From NCBI GenBank assembly GCA_041913885.1, contig JAYSEL010000003.1, positions 146,602 to 210,601 of the forward strand: 64,000 nt of DNA, in the 5' to 3' direction. The notes beneath the pieces were generated by a model, which was not told the origin of the DNA, did not search any database, and saw only the letters and a list, made by a program, of their open reading frames with translations. How positions within the stretch are numbered: position 1 is the stretch's first letter; each line of letters starts with the position of its first letter. Positions 20,751 to 30,158 of the stretch are shown piece by piece. Both the position numbers and the translations under genes were made by a program. The stretch is from Thermomonas sp. GTDB taxonomy: Bacteria; Pseudomonadota; Gammaproteobacteria; Xanthomonadales; Xanthomonadaceae.

Positions 20751-22216
20751 ACCCGTCATGGCTGCCCGAGGGGCTGGCGTCCGCGCTGGTCGCAACGCAA
20801 TGGGCCTTCCTCTGCTACTTCATCTGCATCAACGTCGTGTACCTGGCGCTGAACTTCATCGCGATGTTTGCGATTCTGCGCTACGCACGGGAGCATGGCG
20901 CCAGCTTCCGCATCAAGAACTTCGCTGACTACCAGCCGCCGGTAAGCATCCTGGTGCCTGCCCACAACGAAGAGCGCACGATCGTCAGCACCGTCCGCTC
21001 GCTGCTGCGGCTGGGCTACCCCAACTTCGAGATCGTAGTCGTCAACGACGGCTCCACCGACGCCACGCTGCAGACGGTGGTCGATGCCTTCGGCCTGGTG
21101 GAATTCCCCGAGGCCTACCGCAGCCGCCTGAATACCGCGCACGTGAAGCGCATCTTCGCCTCGCCGCAGGGCGGGCGGGTGCGCGTGGTCGACAAGGAGA
21201 ACGGCGGCAAGGCGGACGCGTTGAACGCCGGCATCAACACCGCGCGCTTCCCGCTGTTCTGCGTGGTCGACGCCGACTGCATCCTGCAGCCGGACAGCCT
21301 GGCGCGGGTGGTGCAGCCGTTCCTGGAGGACGCCTCCATGATCGCCACCGGCGGCGTGATCCGCATCGTCAACGGCTGCAAGGTCAAGGACGGCCAGCTG
21401 TCCAAGGTGGACCTACCGGACAAGGTGCTGCCGCTGGTGCAGACCGTGGAGTACCTGCGGGCCTTCCTGTTCGGCCGCCTTGGCTGGTCGCCGATCAACG
21501 CGCTGCTGATCATTTCCGGCGCGTTCGGCGTGTTCTACAAGGAGCGCGTGATCGCGGCGGGCGGCTACAAGAGCGACCTAGTCGGCGAGGACATGGAGAT
21601 GGTGGTGCGCCTGCACGACCGCATGCGCCAGGAAAAGCGTCCCTACAAGATCGCCTTCGTGCCCGATCCGATCTGCTGGACCGAAGTGCCGTCGGACCTG
21701 CGTTCGCTCTACAACCAGCGCGTCCGCTGGCAGCAGGGCTTGGCCGAGAGCCTGTTCGGCAACTGGCGACTGATGTTCCGTCGCAACGGCGGCACCGTGG
21801 GCTGGGTTGCCTATCCCTTCATGCTGGTGTTCGAGTGCCTGGGCCCGATCATCGAAGTGTTGGGCTATGCCTCGGTGATCATCCTCGGGCTGCTGGGGAT
21901 GCTGTCTCCGCAGGCGTTCTTCGCCTTCCTGTTCGCGTCCGTCGGGCTGGGCGTCCTGCTGTCGGTGAACGCGATGATGCTGGAGGAGATTTCCTTCCAC
22001 CTCTATCCGCGTCCTGCCCAGCAGCTTCGGCTGTTCCTGGTGGCGGTGCTGGAGAACCTCGGGTACCGCCAGATGACCTCGCTGTTCCGGGTGATCGGGT
22101 TGTTCCGCTGGGTGGTGAAGCTGCGTCGCCGCTCCAAGTGGGGCCATGTCCGCCGCCGGGCCGACTGGCAGGACCACGAATCCCAGGTCGCGGCCACGGG
22201 CCCGACTGTTTCCTGA
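20747..22216 (+). CDS. Processive family 2 glycosyltransferase (PgaC/IcaA/YaiP-like polysaccharide synthase)
   Basis: PAHNEE, NDGSTD, GGKADALN, VDAD, GED, QRVRW, flanking TM helices. Confidence 0.92.
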   Translation: MNPSWLPEGLASALVATQWAFLCYFICINVVYLALNFIAMFAILRYAREHGASFRIKNFADYQPPVSILVPAHNEERTIVSTVRSLLRLGYPNFEIVVVNDGSTDATLQTVVDAFGLVEFPEAYRSRLNTAHVKRIFASPQGGRVRVVDKENGGKADALNAGINTARFPLFCVVDADCILQPDSLARVVQPFLEDASMIATGGVIRIVNGCKVKDGQLSKVDLPDKVLPLVQTVEYLRAFLFGRLGWSPINALLIISGAFGVFYKERVIAAGGYKSDLVGEDMEMVVRLHDRMRQEKRPYKIAFVPDPICWTEVPSDLRSLYNQRVRWQQGLAESLFGNWRLMFRRNGGTVGWVAYPFMLVFECLGPIIEVLGYASVIILGLLGMLSPQAFFAFLFASVGLGVLLSVNAMMLEEISFHLYPRPAQQLRLFLVAVLENLGYRQMTSLFRVIGLFRWVVKLRRRSKWGHVRRRADWQDHESQVAATGPTVS

Positions 22217-22228
22217 CCCTCACGACCA

Positions 22229-23530
22229 ATGACCACGATCCCCATGACCACCAGCCTGCTGTACTCCGCGCTTCTCCACGCCGCCTTGCTGGGCGGCCAG
22301 GCGGACGCATCGCCGATGGCGTCGGCCCTGCCGCAGGACGCTGCGGAGGAGAGCTACGAGGCCCGCCTGCAGCGCGCGCGCGCGCTGGCCACGGCCGGTG
22401 ACCCCGCGCTGCGCGAGCAGGCGATCGGCCTGTACGGAGAGATGCTGCAGGCGTCGCCCGGCAACAGCGACGTGCTGCTGGCGCGCGGGCGCACCTATGC
22501 CTGGGCTGGGCGCTATGCGGAGGCGGAAGCCGACCTGCGTGTCGTCACCACCGCCAAGCCCGACTACACGGATGCGTGGTCCGCGCTGGGCGACCTGTAC
22601 CTGTGGAGCGATCGCCCGGCCGAGGCGGCCGAGGCCTATGGCCATTGGGTGGCCCTGGCGCCCGGGGCTTCCGAGCCCCGCATCGCCCGCGGCCGCGCGT
22701 GGCGCGCGGCCGGCGACATGGACGCCGCACGCGCCGACTTCGCGGCGGCGGCGGCCAACGGCGCCGACCCGACGCAGGTCGCGGCGCTCACCGAGAGCAC
22801 GGTGGTCCGGACCGCCGTGCCTGACGCGATGCTCGCGGATGGCTACCGCTGGTCGCTGCGCGCCGGCGTGGACCACACCGGCTTCAGCGGCGGGCGCGAC
22901 GCGTGGACGGATACCGGGCTGACCCTGCGCCGGCAGTTCGCGTTCGGCTCGCTGGGCTTGGAGTGGCTGCAGGCCGACCACTTCCAGCGCCGCGATGCTG
23001 CGTGGGCGTTGGACAGTTACGTGTCCCTGTGGTCGCGCGCCTACGCCAACGTGCGCTACCAGCGAGGCCCGGCCAGCGGCGTGCTGCCGCGCGATGCGTG
23101 GCGCGTGGAGGTGTTCCAGGGGGTCGGCAGCGGCTGGGAGCTGTCGGCCAGCGTCGACCACCTGCGTTTCAGTTCGGACACCGAGTTCTATGGCGTCGGC
23201 GTGGGCCGCTATGTCGGCAACTGGTACCTGCGCTACAAGCTGCAGCACGTGCCCGGCGTCAGTTCGGGCAGCTGGAGCCACCGCGGCGTGGTGCGCAACT
23301 ACTACCGCGGCAACGCCGATGACTACCTGGAAGTCAGCGCCAGCCACGGCCGCAGCGCCGACCTCGATCGCAGCGGGGCGCTGGTGCGCAACAGCAACGC
23401 CTCGGTGGGCGTGAGCTGGGTGCGGTATTTCCGCAGCGACTGGGGCTTCAAGCTGGGGGCCGGATACGCCGACGACGCCGACGGCTTCAACGAGCGCCAG
23501 CTCTCGTTCGCGCTGTACCGACGCTGGTGA
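22229..23530 (+). CDS. TPR + YaiO-family outer membrane beta-barrel protein
   Basis: Signal peptide, TPRs, aromatic-rich alternating strands, terminal Trp; alternative start 22244. Confidence 0.8.
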   Translation: MTTIPMTTSLLYSALLHAALLGGQADASPMASALPQDAAEESYEARLQRARALATAGDPALREQAIGLYGEMLQASPGNSDVLLARGRTYAWAGRYAEAEADLRVVTTAKPDYTDAWSALGDLYLWSDRPAEAAEAYGHWVALAPGASEPRIARGRAWRAAGDMDAARADFAAAAANGADPTQVAALTESTVVRTAVPDAMLADGYRWSLRAGVDHTGFSGGRDAWTDTGLTLRRQFAFGSLGLEWLQADHFQRRDAAWALDSYVSLWSRAYANVRYQRGPASGVLPRDAWRVEVFQGVGSGWELSASVDHLRFSSDTEFYGVGVGRYVGNWYLRYKLQHVPGVSSGSWSHRGVVRNYYRGNADDYLEVSASHGRSADLDRSGALVRNSNASVGVSWVRYFRSDWGFKLGAGYADDADGFNERQLSFALYRRW

Positions 23531-25920
23531 GGCGCGAGAACGTCCCCGCGGTCGCCCCGGACAGGCGCGACACCGCCGCCGCGCGTCTGCTCGCGTGGTG
23601 GCCGGCGCTGCTGGCCGCGCAGCTGGTCCTGGCGCTGTGGGCTGCCGTGCGCGCGCTGCCGCCCGGCGTCGCCGCGCCGCCGGTCGTGTCGGTGGCCGCC
23701 GGCAGCCAGCTGTTGTTCCTGCTGCGCGCCTTGCCGCTGCTCTGCCTGTTGGCGTGGCCGCTGGCGGCGCTGCGTTCGCGCCGCGCCGCGCTGGCGGGCG
23801 TGGGTGGGCTGTGGTCGCTGTTCCTGCTGCTGCAGGCCGGGCTGGAGCAGTACTACCTGGTGGCGCGCGTGCCGCTGGGCGCCGACCTGTTCGGCTACAG
23901 CGCCGCCGAGATCCGCACCACCGTTGCCGGGGCAGGCGGCGGCATCGGCGCCGCCGGTGCGCTGGCGATGCTGATGCCGTTGGTGGTGCTGTGGGCGGTG
24001 CTGGCCTGGCGCGGCCGCCGCGTGGCCACCGCGCGGCCGGCCTGGCTGGGCGGCCTGCTGCTGGCGGGCCTGGCCGCATGGCTGCTGCCGCTGGCGCCCG
24101 GTGCGCGCGGCCTGGGCAGCGAGGATGCCCGCGCCGTCGCGACGAGCAAGGGCGCCTATTTCATCACCGACGCCCTGCGCTGGTGGCGCGTGGATGCCGC
24201 GCCGATCGCGACGGCGACCGCATCGCCGGCCCGTGTCGCCGCGTCGCCCGCGGGCGGCGATCCGGCCTATCCGTTCCTGCACGACGAAGCCACCCCGGAC
24301 ACGCTGGGGCCGTACTTCGGCCCGACCCGCGACGGTCGCCCGCCGAACGTGGTGGTGATCGTGGTCGAAGGACTGGGGCGTTCGTTCTCGGGCCCGGATG
24401 CGCCACTCGGCAGCTTCACGCCCTTCCTCGACGGGCTGGCTGCGCGCAGCCTGTATTTCGACAACTTCCTGGCCAACCAGGGCCGCACCTTCGGGGTGCT
24501 GCCGGCGCTGCTGGGGTCGCTGCCGGTGGCCGAGCAGGGCTTCGCGGCGCTGGGGCCGAAGATGCCGGCCCATGCCGGCCTGTTCAACGTGCTGCGCCGG
24601 CAGGGCTACCACGGGGCCTTCTACCTCGGCACCGATGCCGATTTCGACAACGAGCGCGGATTGCTGCAGCTGCAGGAAGTCGACGACATCGTCGACCTGC
24701 GCCATTTCGGCCCCGGCTACCAGCGCAACCCGTTCAGCGAGTGGGGCTATCCCGACCGCGAGCTGGTGTCGCGCGTGCTGGCCGACAGCGGGCGCCTGCG
24801 TCCGCCCTTCGTGCTGGGCCTGCAGACCATCAGCATGCACACCAGCTACCGCTTCCCCGGGCAGGAGGCCTACAAGGCTGGCGTCGAGGCGCGGCTGCGG
24901 GCGCTGGGGATCCCGGAGGCGCGGCGCGCACCGTACCGCGCGCAGGCGGACATCTACAGCGCCATCCTCTACACCGACGACCAGCTGCGCCGCTATTTCG
25001 AGGGCGTCGCCAAGGCGCCGTGGTACGCCGACACGATCTTCGTCGTCACCGGCGACCACCGGTTGGCGGAGATCCCGCAGGACACCCACATCGAGCGCTA
25101 CCACGTGCCGCTGCTGGTGTTCTCGCCGCTGCTGCGCCGGCCCGCGCACATCCGCGCGGTGTCCTCGCACCTCGACGTGACGCCGTCGCTGCTGGCGCTG
25201 CTCTCGCACACCTACGGCCTGCGCCGCCCGGCCAGGACCAGCTGGACCGGCGCCGGCCTGGACATGGCGGAGACGTTCCGGAGCGCCCACGAATTCCCGC
25301 TGAAGCAGACCAAGACCAGCGTGCCCGACTTCGTGTCCGGGCGCTGGTTCCTGCACGACGGCCGCCTGTTCGAGCTGCAGGATGGCATCCGCGCCTCCGA
25401 GGTCGACGACGACGGCGTGCGCGCGCAGGTGGCCGCCCGACTGCAGGCCTACCAGGCAGCCAACGCCCGGTTCCTGCGCACCCTCGCACTGTCCCCGGAA
25501 GGCGGCCAGCCGCGCCTGGTGGCGTTCGGGATTGGGGCGGCGAACCCGGCACCGGCAGCACTCGCCGCCATCGCCGCGCTGCCGGCGGGGATCGGGATGG
25601 AAGCCGTGCATCTGGAGCGCACCGAGGGCGGCGTGCACGTCGCCGCGACCTTCGTCAATGGCGATGCCCGCGATTCGCGTGCCTTCGTGCCGCTGGCGGT
25701 GCTGGCCGCCGAGGACGGCCGCGAGCTGCGCGAAGGCTACGGCAGCGCCATCCAGCTGCGCGCGCACGAGCGCCGCGAGGTGCTGCTGTCGCTGGCAGTG
25801 CCGGCGCTGGCGCCGGGACGGTACTTCGTCTCGGTGCTGCCGTCGGATCCGGCCACCGGCAAGGCCGTCGGGCGCGGGCGCTTCCACCTGCCGCTGGACG
25901 TTCCGGCCGGCGCGCCGTGA
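23527..25920 (+). CDS. LTA-synthase/sulfatase-superfamily membrane protein with extra C-terminal domain
   Basis: About 5 N-terminal TMs; PNVVVIVVEG, QGRT (Thr nucleophile), TISMH, TGDH; GTGA overlaps at both ends. Confidence 0.87.
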   Translation: MRRENVPAVAPDRRDTAAARLLAWWPALLAAQLVLALWAAVRALPPGVAAPPVVSVAAGSQLLFLLRALPLLCLLAWPLAALRSRRAALAGVGGLWSLFLLLQAGLEQYYLVARVPLGADLFGYSAAEIRTTVAGAGGGIGAAGALAMLMPLVVLWAVLAWRGRRVATARPAWLGGLLLAGLAAWLLPLAPGARGLGSEDARAVATSKGAYFITDALRWWRVDAAPIATATASPARVAASPAGGDPAYPFLHDEATPDTLGPYFGPTRDGRPPNVVVIVVEGLGRSFSGPDAPLGSFTPFLDGLAARSLYFDNFLANQGRTFGVLPALLGSLPVAEQGFAALGPKMPAHAGLFNVLRRQGYHGAFYLGTDADFDNERGLLQLQEVDDIVDLRHFGPGYQRNPFSEWGYPDRELVSRVLADSGRLRPPFVLGLQTISMHTSYRFPGQEAYKAGVEARLRALGIPEARRAPYRAQADIYSAILYTDDQLRRYFEGVAKAPWYADTIFVVTGDHRLAEIPQDTHIERYHVPLLVFSPLLRRPAHIRAVSSHLDVTPSLLALLSHTYGLRRPARTSWTGAGLDMAETFRSAHEFPLKQTKTSVPDFVSGRWFLHDGRLFELQDGIRASEVDDDGVRAQVAARLQAYQAANARFLRTLALSPEGGQPRLVAFGIGAANPAPAALAAIAALPAGIGMEAVHLERTEGGVHVAATFVNGDARDSRAFVPLAVLAAEDGRELREGYGSAIQLRAHERREVLLSLAVPALAPGRYFVSVLPSDPATGKAVGRGRFHLPLDVPAGAP

Positions 25921-26891
25921 CCGGTGCGATCCGCAGCGCGGTGCTGGGGCTGCTGCTCGTGCTGGCAGCGGCCGCCACCGCGCAATCGGCGCCGGAGGTG
26001 CATGCGGCAACGCACGCCTCCCGCGCGGTCTGGACCTGGGAGCGTCCGTCCTACGCCATGCTGGAGTCACCGCAGGTCGCCGACGAGGCGCTGGCGTTCC
26101 TGCAGCGCAAGCGCATCGACGTCGTCTACCTCTATGCCGATGCCTTCCAGGGTCGCAACCTGCTGGTGCAGCAGCCGGCCCGCTACCGCGCGTTCATCCG
26201 CACCGCCCACGCGCGCGGCATCCGCGTGTACGCGCTGCTGGGCTCGTGGTACCTGCATACCGAGCGCTACGTCCTGCCGCGGCACCAGCGCAAGGCGGTC
26301 GCGATGCTGCAACAGGTGCTGGACTACAACGCCACCGCCGCGCCGGACGAGCGCTTCGACGGCGTGAACTATGACATCGAGCCGCACCTGCTGGACGAGT
26401 GGGAGGACGCCACCCGCCCGCGCCTGCTGCGCGGCTTCCTCGACATGACCGCGGCGATGATGGAAGCCCGGCGCCGCTCGGGCCAAGCCTTGCCCATCGG
26501 CCCGGCGATGCCGTTCTGGTGGGACGGCATCGCCCTGGAGTGGCGCGGCGTGCGCAAACCCGTCAGCGAGCACGTGGCGGACCTCACCGACTACGTGGCG
26601 CTGATGGACTACCGCAACCGGGCCGAGGGTCGTGATTCCATCCTCTCGCACGCCGAGGACGAGATGGCCTACGCCGACCGCATCGGCAAGCGCGTGGTGG
26701 TCGGCCTGGAGTTCAACCCCGGCGAACCTGCCAAATTGAGCTTCCACGGCATGGACGAGGCCGTCTTCGAGCGCGAGGCCGCGAAGGTCGAGGCCGCCTA
26801 CGGCGGACGCCGTGGCTTCGACGGCTTCGTCTTCCACCACTACGAAGGCTACCGTCGCTTCGTCGGCGAGCCCGTGCCGGCCTCCGACTAG
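25917..26891 (+). CDS. Secreted putative glycoside-hydrolase-like TIM-barrel protein
   Basis: GTG start overlapping the upstream stop; signal peptide; FDGVNYDIEP resembles GH18 DxxDxDxE; LMDY. Confidence 0.7.
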   Translation: MTGAIRSAVLGLLLVLAAAATAQSAPEVHAATHASRAVWTWERPSYAMLESPQVADEALAFLQRKRIDVVYLYADAFQGRNLLVQQPARYRAFIRTAHARGIRVYALLGSWYLHTERYVLPRHQRKAVAMLQQVLDYNATAAPDERFDGVNYDIEPHLLDEWEDATRPRLLRGFLDMTAAMMEARRRSGQALPIGPAMPFWWDGIALEWRGVRKPVSEHVADLTDYVALMDYRNRAEGRDSILSHAEDEMAYADRIGKRVVVGLEFNPGEPAKLSFHGMDEAVFEREAAKVEAAYGGRRGFDGFVFHHYEGYRRFVGEPVPASD

Positions 26892-26912
26892 CAACCCGAG
26901 CGTGCCGGAACG

Positions 26913-26940
26913 CGAACGCCCCGGCGAGCCGGGGCGTTCG
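26913..26940. terminator. Hairpin between convergent operons
   Basis: CGAACGCCCCGGC-GA-GCCGGGGCGTTCG perfect inverted repeat. Confidence 0.7.
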
Positions 26941-26968
26941 GGGCGTTCCGCCGGGGGCGGTGGGCGGG

Positions 26969-29900
26969 TCAGTCCAGCGGCTTGCCGCCGAACTTGTACG
27001 TCAGCTGCACGAAGTAGCTGCGCCCGAAGCTGTCGAACCACGACGTGTCGTAGTACGGATAGTTCGACCAGGTCGGATCGCTCGGCGGCATCTTGTCCAG
27101 CAGGTTGTTGATCGTCAGCGAGACCCGGAAATGGTCGCTGACGTCGTAGCGGGCGCCTGCGTTGAAGCGCCACGTGGCCGGCGTCCACGCGTCGTTGGCG
27201 TAGTTCGCCACCCGGCCCAGGTAATTGCCGAACAGGCTGGCGCCCCACGCGCCGCGGTCCCAGGCCAGGCTCAGGTTGGCCTTGGCGCGCGGCAGGGTGG
27301 TGTCGCTGAAGCTCACGTCCAGCATGTCCTCGGTGGGGTCGCCCGGATACTGCTGGCGGGTGTGCCGGCGGGCCCAGGTGTAGTTGGCGCCGATCCGGAA
27401 GTCGCCCGCGCGCGCGGTTTCCAGCCGGTAGTTGGCGGTCACGTCGATGCCAGAGGTTTCCTCGCTGGCGATGTTGATCGGGCTGAAGTGGACGCTGGTG
27501 ATGGTGCCGTCCTCGTCGCGGATCACGCGTGCCAGCGCGTCCACGCAAGTGGGCGAGGCGATGTCCACCGGCGCACCGGTGTCGGTGACGCCGAGCCGGC
27601 AGTTCGCCTCGGTGATGCGCAGGCGCTCGCGGTCCTGGCTCTGGACCTGGTTCATCACCCGGATGCGGTAGTAGTCCACCGCCAGGTCGAAGCGGGCGGT
27701 CGGCGACCACACGAAGCCGACCGAGGCCGAGCGGCTGGTCTCGACGTCCAGCGCCATGTTGCCGGAGTAGACGTCGAAGGTGGCGCCGTCCCAGCTGCCG
27801 TCGTCGTAGCACTCGTCGTCGCTGTAGCCGGGCTCGTCGGTACGGCACTGGTAGTAGTCGGTCGCGTAGCGGGTCCGGTAGTAGTCGTTGCCGGCGAACA
27901 GGTAGTGCATGTCGGGGGCGCGGAACCCGGTGCCGTAGGAGCCGCGCACCAGCAGCGTATCCAGCGGGCGCCACTCGAGGCCCGCGCTGTAGGTGAACTT
28001 GCCGGGCTGCTTGCCGCCGTAGCTGTACTGGTCGTAGCGGCCCGCCACGCTGGCCAGCAGGCTGGACGCCAGCGGCAGGCGCAGCTCGGTGGCGGCGCTC
28101 CAGCGGTTGCGGCTGCCATTGCCGTCGCCGTAGCGCGGTCCGTAGTAGGCGTCTTCCGTCAGTGCCAGCGGATCGGGATTGATCCGGTAGGACTGGCGGC
28201 CGTACTCCAGCGCCGCCGCGAAGCCGGCGTCGCCGGCCGGCATCGAGAACAGGGCGGGGTTGTCGGCGCTGAAGCTGACGTTGTCGTTCTTCGCCACGGG
28301 CCGCCAGGTGGACATCGCCGCGATCGAGGCGAACTCCGCGGCCGTCAACGGCGTGAACAGACGCGCGGGATCGGCGTCGTAGATCGCGTAGCCGTCGTCG
28401 TCGTAGCCCAGGCGCTCGCCCAGGAACAGGCGGTTGGCCGCTTCGGCGCGGATGCGCGGCATCTCCACGGTCGCGCGGTACTCGGAGTGGTTGTAGGCCG
28501 CTTCCCAGTTCCATGCATCGCCGAAGCCGCCCTTGAAGCCGGTGGTCACCGCCAGCGTCTTCTGGGTGGTGGTGTTCATGCGGTTGCGCAGGCCCGCGGT
28601 CTCCTCGGGCGTGAACTGGCGCGACCAGATCTCGTAGCGGCCCGTCCCGGCGTTGTAGAAGACCTTGTTGCGGTAATTGTTGGTCGATGCCGGGTCGTGG
28701 AATTCCCAACCCATGTGGTCGCTGGCGACCAGGTTGCCATTGGTGCCGGTGAGCAGCCGCACGGTCTGGTGGCCGGCCTGCACGTCGGCGAACCACGACA
28801 GGGCGTCGGAGAGGCGGTACTCGAACGAACCGTAGACGTTCGCCCCCTTGCGCTCGTTCTGGATGGTCCGGTACGCGATGGCGCGTTCGCTGCCGCAATA
28901 GAACCCGTAGTCGGGATCCTCGGCCAGCACCGTGGTGCCCTCGTTGAGGCCTGCCATCGCACTGCAGCCGTCGGCGGGCGCCACGTTGAGGTCTTCGTCC
29001 CAGTCGTAGAGCTGGGCGGTCAGGCGCGGCAGGCGGCGCTCGGCCGTGGGGGCATCCAGGGTGGAGTCCTGGATGCTGCGCTGGTAGCCCCACAGCGGGC
29101 GCTTGTTGACCAGCTCCATGCCGACCACGCCGCTGAAGTCGCCGCGCTCGAAGCCGCCGGTGATCGCCAGCGAATGGGACTCCCCGCCCCCCCGTTCGGT
29201 GTCGCCGTAGCGGTAGTCGACGGTGATGCCGTCGGTGGATTTCTTCAGGATGAAGTTGATCACGCCGGCCATCGCGTCCGAGCCGTACACGGCGGAGGCG
29301 CTGCCGGTCAGCACTTCGATGCGGTCGATCATCCCCAGCGGGATGTTGCCGATGTCGGTGAAGTTGCTGCGGCTGTTGAGCGGCAGCGGGAAGTCGGCGA
29401 TCCGGCGGCCGTTCACCAGCACCAGCGTGTGGTTCGGACCGAGGCCGCGCAGGTCCACCGCCTGCGCGCCGGGCGTGGACTGCGCGCTGGTGGTGTTCTG
29501 CTGGCCCTGCACGCTGCCGCTGTTCTGGCTGAGCGAGCGCAGGACATCGGGCACGGTGGTGAAGCCGGCGGCCTGGATCTGCTCGGCGGTGACGATGGTG
29601 ATCGGCGCCGGGCCTTCCACCTGCGCGCGGGGGATGCGCGAGCCGGTGACCTGGACGGCATCGAGGTTGGTCACCGGGGCGTCCGCGGCGGCTTGCGCGG
29701 GGCGTGCCTGCGGGGCCGGGCGCGCGGGCGTGGCCGGCTTCGTGCCACCGGTGGCCGGCACGATCAGCACGGCGCCCGAGGCATCGCGCTGGGCGCGGAA
29801 GCCGCTGCCCTGCAGCAGCGCATCGATGGCCTGCGGCGAAGCGGCCTGCCCCCGCAGGCCGGCGCTGCGCGCGCCCTTCAGCTGGTCGGCGCGGTACACC

Positions 29901-30055
29901 AGCTGGGTGCCGGTCTGCCGGGCATAGGCGTCCAGCGCCCCGGCGAGATCGCCGGCGGGGATGTCAAGGCGGGTGGCGGTTTGCGCCTGTGCGGCCAGGG
30001 CGGCGGAGCAGGCCAGCGACAACAGCAGGACACGCAGCGGACGGGACGGTTTCAT
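26969..30055 (-). CDS. TonB-dependent transducer (STN signalling domain + plug + barrel)
   Basis: Signal peptide; LDIPAGDLAGAL..ARQTG STN domain; VQVTGSRI TonB box; LRGLG..TLVLVNGRR; IDRIEVL..SAVYGSDA. Confidence 0.95.
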   Translation of the reverse strand: MKPSRPLRVLLLSLACSAALAAQAQTATRLDIPAGDLAGALDAYARQTGTQLVYRADQLKGARSAGLRGQAASPQAIDALLQGSGFRAQRDASGAVLIVPATGGTKPATPARPAPQARPAQAAADAPVTNLDAVQVTGSRIPRAQVEGPAPITIVTAEQIQAAGFTTVPDVLRSLSQNSGSVQGQQNTTSAQSTPGAQAVDLRGLGPNHTLVLVNGRRIADFPLPLNSRSNFTDIGNIPLGMIDRIEVLTGSASAVYGSDAMAGVINFILKKSTDGITVDYRYGDTERGGGESHSLAITGGFERGDFSGVVGMELVNKRPLWGYQRSIQDSTLDAPTAERRLPRLTAQLYDWDEDLNVAPADGCSAMAGLNEGTTVLAEDPDYGFYCGSERAIAYRTIQNERKGANVYGSFEYRLSDALSWFADVQAGHQTVRLLTGTNGNLVASDHMGWEFHDPASTNNYRNKVFYNAGTGRYEIWSRQFTPEETAGLRNRMNTTTQKTLAVTTGFKGGFGDAWNWEAAYNHSEYRATVEMPRIRAEAANRLFLGERLGYDDDGYAIYDADPARLFTPLTAAEFASIAAMSTWRPVAKNDNVSFSADNPALFSMPAGDAGFAAALEYGRQSYRINPDPLALTEDAYYGPRYGDGNGSRNRWSAATELRLPLASSLLASVAGRYDQYSYGGKQPGKFTYSAGLEWRPLDTLLVRGSYGTGFRAPDMHYLFAGNDYYRTRYATDYYQCRTDEPGYSDDECYDDGSWDGATFDVYSGNMALDVETSRSASVGFVWSPTARFDLAVDYYRIRVMNQVQSQDRERLRITEANCRLGVTDTGAPVDIASPTCVDALARVIRDEDGTITSVHFSPINIASEETSGIDVTANYRLETARAGDFRIGANYTWARRHTRQQYPGDPTEDMLDVSFSDTTLPRAKANLSLAWDRGAWGASLFGNYLGRVANYANDAWTPATWRFNAGARYDVSDHFRVSLTINNLLDKMPPSDPTWSNYPYYDTSWFDSFGRSYFVQLTYKFGGKPLD

Positions 30056-30107
30056 GGCGTAGTTTTTCCCCCAGGGATGCCCGGGTTGGGCACCGTTACG
30101 GCTTCAT

Positions 30108-30132
30108 GACGAACGACCGCGGGAAATCCCCC
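30108..30132 (-). promoter_or_regulatory. Putative ECF-sigma promoter for the TonB transducer
   Basis: Minus strand GGGGG-ATTTCCCGCGGT-CGTTCGTC; same motif and spacing at 31812-31836. Confidence 0.65.
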
Positions 30133-30158
30133 GGTCAGGCCATCGCTCGCAGGTCGAT

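Noticed and set aside
23323-30109. ORFs of 900-1100 aa (23323-26070, 23595-26891, 26067-29093, 26960-30109)
   Set aside because: Antisense or off-frame shadows; only the 3' end of 23595-26891 (from 25917) looks like a real protein
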